From: an uncultured Verrucomicrobiota bacterium
GTDB lineage: Bacteria; Verrucomicrobiota; Kiritimatiellia; CAIKKV01
Assembly: GCA_964609905.1 (NCBI GenBank)
Contig: CAZSUH010000004.1
Coordinates: forward strand, 971 to 64,970
DNA: 64,000 bases
Direction of reading: 5' to 3'
Made by a program: the position numbers and the translations under genes. Below are positions 9,806-17,000 of this stretch, in pieces. The stretch's first letter is position 1. Each line of letters opens with the position of its first letter. The notes under the pieces were generated by a model. That model was not told where the DNA came from and made no database searches. It saw only the letters and a list, made by a program, of their open reading frames with translations.

Positions 9806-9847
9806 GAGATCCGACCGATCCGTCGGATCCGACCGATCGGTCCGATT
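9243..9847 (+). repeat. Segmental duplication, copy 1 (605 bp)
   Basis: 9243-9568 and 9743-9847 are letter-for-letter identical to 19167-19492 and 19493-19597 when compared by eye. The translated ORFs on both strands are identical as well. Confidence 0.9.
9808..9846. repeat. 39-nt GATC-rich repeat, copy a (about 2.2 x an 18-nt unit)
   Basis: gatccgaccgatccgtcggatccgaccgatcggtccgat. It contains 4 GATC sites, 2 GGATCC sites and the palindrome gaccgatcggtc. The same 39-mer is found at 19558 and 20344, and a 32-nt version at 19938. Confidence 0.9.
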
Positions 9848-9974
9848 TCCTAAACTTTTCCTGTTCCAGGACATGTCCTTTTGGCCGGAGTTTGCCGTCC
9901 CGTGTAAGGCGGGTTCGGCCCGGAAATGTCAGGAGTTCCGTTAGACCGAATCCCGCAAAAAAGCAGGAATTCCG
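9808..9974 (-). other. Solo scar of the four-helix-bundle gene cassette (5' region + repeat + 3' tail, gene body missing)
   Basis: Colinear with 20344-20511 (about 80% identity past the repeat: ccggaaatgtcaggagtt...aaaaagca.gaattccg). The minus frame reads LEQEKFRKSDRSVGSDGSVGSLNPKNGPPTAPNSPP*. That is the N-terminus (MEQEDFKK-) joined directly to the C-terminal tail of the intact protein at 19509-20405, with the ATG changed to CTG. Confidence 0.7.
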
Positions 9975-9982
9975 GTTCCGGT

Positions 9983-10165
9983 TCACTGCATCAGGATCAC
10001 GCCCGTCTTTCCCGCGGGAATGTTAACGCGCCAAACCAGCCTGTCGAGCGTTTGGCCGTCGCAGGCGAGCGCCGTCAGGCCGAGATTCGAGTTGTATTCG
10101 ATCAGCCAGCCGGACGGCACGGCGTCCTTTGCCACGGTCCGGTCAAGTGTATAGAGCGGATTCAC
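9983..10165 (-). CDS. 60-aa ORF. Either the frameshifted C-terminal beta-sandwich tail of the upstream 791-aa protein or a separate coupled small gene.
   Basis: VNPLYTLDRTVAKDAVPSGWLIEYNSNLGLTALACDGQTLDRLVWRVNIPAGKTGVILMQ*. The GTG start overlaps the TGA stop of the 10162-12534 gene (GTGA), and the frame stays open upstream of the GTG. A paralogous tail remnant lies at 18975-19166. Confidence 0.45.
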   Translation of the reverse strand: MNPLYTLDRTVAKDAVPSGWLIEYNSNLGLTALACDGQTLDRLVWRVNIPAGKTGVILMQ

Positions 10166-12534
10166 TCCGATTTTCTCTTTATGGCGATTCGCTCCACATC
10201 GTGATAGACCTTTGCATACGGCTGAAGCGTGTTGCCCACGGACGCTCGCCAGTGGATATCCGCGCTCGACAGCGTGCCGCCGATCGTATAAGGCCTTCCG
10301 ACGCCCTCGATCGTCTCCATGAGCCTGTAATCGGAATCCCGGTGTTCGAGCGTTGTTCCGCCGCCATAGACGAGATAATCGCCGCCCTTTGCCTCAAAGC
10401 CGGCAAAGGCGATGACAGGGTCGAAACCGCCCCAACCGTTATGAATGGCGAGATAATTCATCGTGCCGAGGTTATCGGGGTCGCCGACGCGCAGGCGGAA
10501 TTGAAGCCATTCGGAACAGCCCGCTTCGCGGTCGAATACGAGTATTTCCCTCAGCTCTGTTTCCGTCTCGCATTGATACTCCCGATAGTGAAACCTGAAT
10601 TCGTTGCGATGAAGCCTGTGCAGCATCCAGCCGTCCGCGGTTTCCTCGAGGCGCCAGTCGGCGTGCTCGTTTCCGAGCTTTTCGCGGACGTAACCGGGGA
10701 TGTCGCCGTTGAAGCGAAGATCTTCCCATTTTTTGATCGCGTTCAGAAAAAACGGCGTCAGGCCGTGCTTTTCAAGCGTTTCCTGGCCGCAGTCAAAGCC
10801 GAACCCCGCCTGATGCGCCACGGTCTGGCCAAGCATGAATTCGAAATCCTCGGGGCTTGTCGCTTCGGTTTTAATGCTTGCGGGATTCGGCGCGCTGAGC
10901 CTGATGTTGTATTGCCCAAGCATGTGCGGCATCAGGTTTCTTTCGAAAAACGCCTGGTTATCCGCGCGGTAGTGGAACATCCCGCCCCGCCCCTGCCAGT
11001 CCCAGTACGGCTCGCCCCAGTTGAAATAGCTGTGCGCGTGCCAGCGGTAGTGCGACGGCGTGCTCGCGTCGCAAAGCAGGTCCGGACCGGAAAACGAGAA
11101 GCAGGTCCGAACGAATTCCGAACAGGCATATTCGCCTCGGCCCGCATACAGGCAGCCCTCCATGCCGTCAAACGAGATTCGCCCGATCCCCGTGTGTTTG
11201 ATCAGTTCGCCCACGCGCCGGGCCATTTCTTTCTGCAGATCGAGATTCGGAAAGAGCGTCAGGTAAGCGTGATCCCAAAGCCTCAGAACGGCGTCTCCGG
11301 CCTTGTGCGGCGACGCGGTTGTGCCAAAAGCGCCCCGCACACAATCAATAAGGGCGTTTTCGTCGCCTGAAACAGACAGGCTTTTGTATTGAATCAGCTC
11401 CGTTCCGATTCTTATGACGTTGAGATGGGAACGCGCCCGGAAATTATTGACATCCATGACCCCAACCCTGGTGTCATTTTCGCCGATATCGGATGAAAGC
11501 GCCGTCCTGTCCATGACCAGAAGATTTTCGTCCGGAACCGGAGTCACATAGGGATCGCTTGTATGGATGAAATTGCTGAGCGTGTGGAAACCCAGGGCGA
11601 TGCCGTCTTTTCCCGCCTCAAGCACAGCCTGTTTCAATCCGTCGTCACCGCCCGCGTAGAGCTTGCCGTCAATCTCGAAATGCCCCCAGCTTACGAACGG
11701 ACCCCAACTGTAGAGGCAGCGTAACCCCGCTTCTTTCGCCCACTCGATTGCGGCGCTTCGCCCTTCCGCGGTCTGCTGGCTGAGCATGAAATACGAACGC
11801 GTCGTTTCCCGCGATTTCTTTGTCCATTCGCCGTTGATCATCGGGTGCGGCAAGCCTTCCCTGAGTTCCACTTCGCCGATCGTGTCGAGCAGGCTCTCGA
11901 ACGGGGTCATGATCAGGGCAATTGCCGCGCCTTTTATGAATGCGTCGTGGCCTTTAACCTCGCACGCTTCGCAGTTCGTCATGCCGGAAAAATCGAACCT
12001 TGCGGGTTTCGACATGTCTCTCGCGTGGCATTGCAACGCCGTGCCATGCGTGCAGGGCAGGGCCGCGCACTCGGCAAATTTGACGCGGTCAAACCCGCCC
12101 ACAAGGGCGGCGCCGCGATATTGATGACGGGCCTCGTGTTCCGCGGGAAAGCCGCCGACGACCTTCGGCATAAGCGACTGAATACACACGGCGGAATCGT
12201 CGTCCCAGGCCGCGCCCACGAGTTCGCCGTAATGTTTCTTCTCCGTGAAATACGGGCCGAAAACAAAGGCCGTGGCAGTGTCCGCGATATCCTCGACAAC
12301 CATCCTGTAATATTTACCGAGATCGGCGATTGAAAGCGAAACGAACCCCCGTTCATACGTTACCATCGCCGAAATCGCCCCGTCGGATTCCGAAACCTCG
12401 GCGCTGACCGGCTCGTATAGTTCGCCGGCCGCAACCAGGAGCCCGACGGGCGAAGAAAACACCCGCGCGCCCCCGAATTCGGCGGTTAAAAAACCCCTGT
12501 CGTCAAGCGACAATCCGCATAGGCTGTTTTTCAT
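10162..12534 (-). CDS. Large hypothetical protein (791 aa, no signal peptide). Possibly carbohydrate-active, but the family was not recognised.
   Basis: Long ORF with normal, non-shadow composition: MKNSLCGLSLDDRGF...GIALGFHTLSNFIHTSDPYVTP...ISFDGMEGCLYAG...NWGEPYWDWQGRGG. The start was moved from 12588 to the ATG at 12534. Its context is with beta-helix proteins. Confidence 0.75.
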   Translation of the reverse strand: MKNSLCGLSLDDRGFLTAEFGGARVFSSPVGLLVAAGELYEPVSAEVSESDGAISAMVTYERGFVSLSIADLGKYYRMVVEDIADTATAFVFGPYFTEKKHYGELVGAAWDDDSAVCIQSLMPKVVGGFPAEHEARHQYRGAALVGGFDRVKFAECAALPCTHGTALQCHARDMSKPARFDFSGMTNCEACEVKGHDAFIKGAAIALIMTPFESLLDTIGEVELREGLPHPMINGEWTKKSRETTRSYFMLSQQTAEGRSAAIEWAKEAGLRCLYSWGPFVSWGHFEIDGKLYAGGDDGLKQAVLEAGKDGIALGFHTLSNFIHTSDPYVTPVPDENLLVMDRTALSSDIGENDTRVGVMDVNNFRARSHLNVIRIGTELIQYKSLSVSGDENALIDCVRGAFGTTASPHKAGDAVLRLWDHAYLTLFPNLDLQKEMARRVGELIKHTGIGRISFDGMEGCLYAGRGEYACSEFVRTCFSFSGPDLLCDASTPSHYRWHAHSYFNWGEPYWDWQGRGGMFHYRADNQAFFERNLMPHMLGQYNIRLSAPNPASIKTEATSPEDFEFMLGQTVAHQAGFGFDCGQETLEKHGLTPFFLNAIKKWEDLRFNGDIPGYVREKLGNEHADWRLEETADGWMLHRLHRNEFRFHYREYQCETETELREILVFDREAGCSEWLQFRLRVGDPDNLGTMNYLAIHNGWGGFDPVIAFAGFEAKGGDYLVYGGGTTLEHRDSDYRLMETIEGVGRPYTIGGTLSSADIHWRASVGNTLQPYAKVYHDVERIAIKRKSE

Positions 12535-12538
12535 GGCT

Positions 12539-12655
12539 TTATTTCCGGCCTCGCAGAGCCTCGGCGACGGCCTGAGCGCCGGGCGCACCGAATAGACCGG
12601 CCAGGATTATCGGGATAAGCGACAACAACTCACTCGATACGAACCGCATTTTCAT
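12539..12655 (-). CDS. Possible 38-aa hydrophobic micro-ORF
   Basis: Own translation: MKMRFVSSELLSLIPIILAGLFGAPGAQAVAEALRGRK*. It has one TM-like segment. Its stop lies 4 nt upstream of the ATG of the 791-aa gene. It falls below the ORF-track size cutoff. Confidence 0.25.
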   Translation of the reverse strand: MKMRFVSSELLSLIPIILAGLFGAPGAQAVAEALRGRK

Positions 12656-12739
12656 GGACACTCCTCTTTCCTGTCACCGTTCACGTCCCGCGTTCAGCAC
12701 ACCCAAAAGACAGTTCCACGCAACGGCGGGCGTGACGCC

Positions 12740-13960
12740 TCAGAACGTCGGCTCGAACTCCGCCGGCTGGCCGCGGCGGTCGACGATCGCGCCGTCGCCG
12801 GCCGGGTCGATGCGATTGCCGGATAGTTCCAGCTCGACGATCTCGGGGTTGATCACGATGCCGGGCTTGCCGGGCCGGCGGCGGATCGAGTTGCCGATCA
12901 ACCGCGTGCCGGCGGTCTCGCCCTGAACGACCACCTCCGCCTCGCCGTCGGCGGCGCCGTTTTCCTCGATGGCACAGGCCTCGACGAGGTTGTGGTGCGG
13001 CCCGTCGGGGCCCGAGCAGCGACGGAAGTAAACGCCCGCCCCGCCGTTGCCGCGGATCGTCAGCCGGCGATTGACGTGGCCGGTGTCACGGGTTCCGATC
13101 GACACGCCGTGCTGGCCGTTGGCCTCGAACAGGCAGTCTTCCAGCACGCTGTCGCGGACGCGGAGGCAGTAGAACAGGCCGCAGCCGGTGTTCCCGCGCA
13201 CAGTGCAGTGGTGAATGTGGAACCGGTTGGACCCGCTGCCGGGGTGAATGCCGCTGCCGCGGCAGCGCTCGATGCGGCAGCCGCCGATCTCGACGTCGTC
13301 ACACGTCTGGAAGCTGATGCCTTCGCCGTGGAAGTCGCGAATGACCAGGTCGCGGAAGGCCACCTCGCGACAGCGGTGGGCGAAGACCCCGCCGCCCCGA
13401 CAGCCGTTCAGCGGCAAGTTCTCGGCCGCGTTGCCGTCGATGGCCAAAGACTCGACGGCAGCCCCCGTCACGTCGCGGGCGCTGACGGCCGAGAAGAGCG
13501 TCTGCGCGACGGCCCTATCCCGCGGGGTGTAGTCGCCGCTGTGGCGCTGGTCGTAGAACCAGGTGTCGCCCCGGCGGCTGATGAGCGTGCCGACCGTGGC
13601 GTAGAAGCCCCCGGCAGCGGCGTCCCAGATGTAGACGCCGTCGCCCATGGCGAAGGCGTCGGGGTTGTCGACCAGGATATCGTCGTGGCCGAAGCCCAGA
13701 AAGCAGATCACGTTGGCGGTCTTGACGGGGTTCTTGCGGAGGATGGTCGTCTCGCCGGCGCCGCGCAGGATGACGCCCGAGCGCAGGTGCACCGAGTCGG
13801 CCAGCGAGTAAACGCCAGGGGCCAGTTCCACCTCGCCCCCGCCGGCGGACGCCACCCGGTCTATCGCGCACTGCGCCTGCACGTTGGTAAACCCCGGCAC
13901 GTCGCACGACGGCGCGCCGACGGTCAGTCGTAAAGCCCCGCCGTGTCGATTCGTTTGCAT
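12740..13960 (-). CDS. Right-handed parallel beta-helix repeat protein (pectate-lyase-superfamily-like), 406 aa
   Basis: MQTNRHGGALRLTVGAPSCDVPGFTNVQAQCAIDRVASAGGGEVELAPGVYSL..., followed by repeated beta-helix coil motifs (IDGNAAEN, VIRDFHGEGISF, IERCRGSGIH, VRGNTGCGLF, FEANGQHGVSI, IRGNGGAGVYF). The start was moved from 14158 to the ATG at 13960. Confidence 0.8.
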   Translation of the reverse strand: MQTNRHGGALRLTVGAPSCDVPGFTNVQAQCAIDRVASAGGGEVELAPGVYSLADSVHLRSGVILRGAGETTILRKNPVKTANVICFLGFGHDDILVDNPDAFAMGDGVYIWDAAAGGFYATVGTLISRRGDTWFYDQRHSGDYTPRDRAVAQTLFSAVSARDVTGAAVESLAIDGNAAENLPLNGCRGGGVFAHRCREVAFRDLVIRDFHGEGISFQTCDDVEIGGCRIERCRGSGIHPGSGSNRFHIHHCTVRGNTGCGLFYCLRVRDSVLEDCLFEANGQHGVSIGTRDTGHVNRRLTIRGNGGAGVYFRRCSGPDGPHHNLVEACAIEENGAADGEAEVVVQGETAGTRLIGNSIRRRPGKPGIVINPEIVELELSGNRIDPAGDGAIVDRRGQPAEFEPTF

Positions 13961-14021
13961 AGTAACGACCCCCCTGTCACGGATGAACAACCCGCCGGAC
14001 GATCTCGGGCTGCCGTTTCTT

Positions 14022-17000
14022 CTACCGTACCAGAATGAGCGAGCCTCTCGGCGCCGAGAGCGAGGCCTGGATCGTGCCGCCGTAGGCGCCCATGTTGATG
14101 ACGCCGCCATTCGGTCGCGGCTCCAGGCCAACGGAGTCGGCCGGATCGCCGGCGTCAATGCAGGGGCTCGTCACGGCGTCACGCACCCACGAAGATGCCT
14201 CGGGGTCCCGGCGGCCACCCCTGCTCCTGAGATGCGCGTCCGTCGCGCTCGCGAACTGCGGGTCCGCGCTGATCACCCCGTTCAGGTACTCGACCACGGC
14301 GCCGCCGCCCGTCACCACGTGCGGCACGTTCGAACCCGTGAGATCGCTGTACGAAACCGTTGCGCGGCTGACCGCGTTGGTCGCGAAAATCTCGCTCCCG
14401 GTGAAGACCGCCGCCACGGCATTGGTCCAGAGGATCGAGTTTTTCAGAACCAGCGTTCCCCCGTCCAGATAGATCGCGCCGCCATTCCCATTGCTGTTGA
14501 TATTGTCTTTAAACGTGCAGTTCACCACGCGGGCCGTCGAAGCCGCCGGCAGGTTCAGCCACATCGCGCCTCCGTAGCCGGGGGTCGTGGGGGCGTTCAG
14601 CAGGGCCACGTTGTCGCGGAACACGCAGTTGCTGAAGGAGGCGGCCGTGCCCGCGGTGTTCCCGACATAGACCCCCGCCCCACCGCCGGTGTTGTTGGCC
14701 CCGGCCTTGTTGCCGATGAAATCCGTGCGGAGGACATTCAGCGTCCCGTTGTTGAAGGCTAACCCCACGCCCACAGTGCCTCGGGTGCCGACTCCGTCCT
14801 CGTTGGAATTGCTCGCGAAGACGCAATCCACAATCTGCAGTTGGGCGCCCGAGGACCAGATGCCGAAACCCCTCTTGTGATACGTGGTTGCCCTGTTGCC
14901 GGTCACGACGCAGTTCGTCATCAACACCGACCCCGCCGTAAAATACCCGCCCACGCCGTCGGTGACGCCGGAGTTCCCCTCGATCCGGCAGTTGGCCATC
15001 GTCAACGCGCCGCCGCCGGACTTGCTTAGTGCCTGACTGATGGGACAGTTCGAGAACACCAGACTGTCCAGCAACACGTCGCCCGCCGTGACCGACAGAC
15101 ACCGGTGGCTGGCCTCTCCGCTGATGACCGTATAGTTCGTCACCACGCCGAACGCATTAATCAAGGCGCGTTCCGCTACCGCCGTTTCCGTGCCCGCAAA
15201 GCCGCCGACCAGCGCCGCACTCTTGGACAGCGTCAGCAGCGCGCCTTCGCCGTATGTGACGCCCGTGATCCAGAGGTTGGTACGCGTTCCGCTGATGGCC
15301 GAAATGCCATCCACGATCTTGGTGTACGCGTTGGCCCAGTCGCTGCCGTCCCCCGCGCCGGTGGCCAGGCGATCCACGTGGATCACGTCCGCCCCGCCGC
15401 CCGGTCCCGCGACACCGGTTTCGAAACTCGCCGCCGCCGTCCAGTTGCTGCCCGCGTTGTTCACGGCGTGCCAGCGATAGTAGTAGGTCGTCTCCGGGAG
15501 CAGCGCGGGAGTCCAGGTCGAGAAGACCGCGCCGTTCTGTTTCTCGCCCACGTCCTTGACCCCATCCCAGCCGTTGGTCGTGTCTCCCGGAATGCGGGTT
15601 GTGCCGTAGCACAGGTAGATCTGCGCGGACACGAAGGTGTCGTTGATCAACTCGCCGCTGATGCTGGCTCGATTGTAGAGGACACTGCAGTCGCGGTTCG
15701 CCGGCAACGGGGGGGTTGCCGGCGGGCTCTTGCCGGCCTCGGCCGTGCCGCCATAGGCGCCCATGTTGATCCGGATGTTGCCGTTGTCCGTCGGCTCGTC
15801 GCCGATCGAGTCCGTCGGGTCGCCCGCGTCAATGCAGGGGCTGAACTCCGCATCCGTGGTGATGAAATCGCCGGCGGCCGGATCCCAGCGTCCGGCCTTG
15901 CTCTGAAGATGCAGATCGGTCGCGCTCGCGAACAGCGGGTCGCCCTCTCGGCAGTTGGAGAAGTTGACCATGCCGTAGATCTGCGGAATGCCGAACGCCG
16001 TCAGGGAGGAGTAGCTCGCGTTCACCGTGCCGACGGCGTTGGCGAGATCGTCTCCCGACGCGCTTGTGCCGGTGCACCGATTCGCCCACAGGATGCAGTT
16101 CTTCAGGTTCAGCGTGCCCTCGGAGAGGTGGATGGCGCCGCCCAAGCCAATGTTGTTCGCATTGGTATTGGCCGTGAACGTGCAGTTGACGAACGACGCC
16201 GAGCGGGAAGCGTTCAGTTGCGCGTAGACCGCCCCGCCGTAGCCATTGTTGCCGTTTGCATGCGGCACGTAGTTGGCCCGGAAGAGGCAGTTGCTGAACG
16301 TGGCGGAGAGGGCCGTGCCATTCCCGAGATACACGGCTCCCCCGCCCCCGTTGTTGTCCGAGGCGGAATTGCCGACGAATTCGGTGCGTATGACTTGAAG
16401 CGTGCCGTCCTGGAACCCGAGACCGGCTCCCCTCAGCGTGCGTGCGCGGTACGGATCTCCGTCCTGGCCGCTGAACGCCGAATCCACGATGGTGAGCGTG
16501 ACGCCGGAACCGTACAGGCCGAGGCCGATCCAACTGTAGGAATCCACCGTCGTGGAGGGAAGCTGGTTGTCGCGGAAAACGCAGTTGGTGATCAGGACCG
16601 TGCCGCCGCTGAAGTAGGCGCCCAGGCCCAAACTCCCGGGCCACCCGACGACCTGGTTTTCCTCGATCCGGCAGTTGTTGAGGACCAGGTTGCCCGTCCC
16701 GGACTTCTCGAGCGCGCGCGGCCGGTCTGTCTTGGTGACGGAGAGCGTATCCAGCCAGACGTTGCCGCCCGTCACCAGCAGGCACTGGTTGGATTCATTT
16801 CCGTTGATGACCGTGTAGTTCGTGACCACGCCGGCCGCGTTGGTGGCCGCGCGCCCGGACACCGCCGTCTCGGTCCCGGCAAAGCCGCCGACGAGGGTCG
16901 CGGAGTTGGTCAGCAGCAGGCGGACGCCTTCGCTGTACGTGCCGCTCGTGATCCAGATGTTGGTGCGCGAACCCCGGATCGCGGGGATCGCGTCGGCGAT

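Noticed and set aside
14022-14100. PEP-CTERM or other sorting tail on the giant beta-helix protein, as a substrate for the exosortase at 44930
   Set aside because: The C-terminus (...GAYGGTIQASLSAPRGSLILVR*) lacks the PEP motif, the TM helix and the basic cluster.
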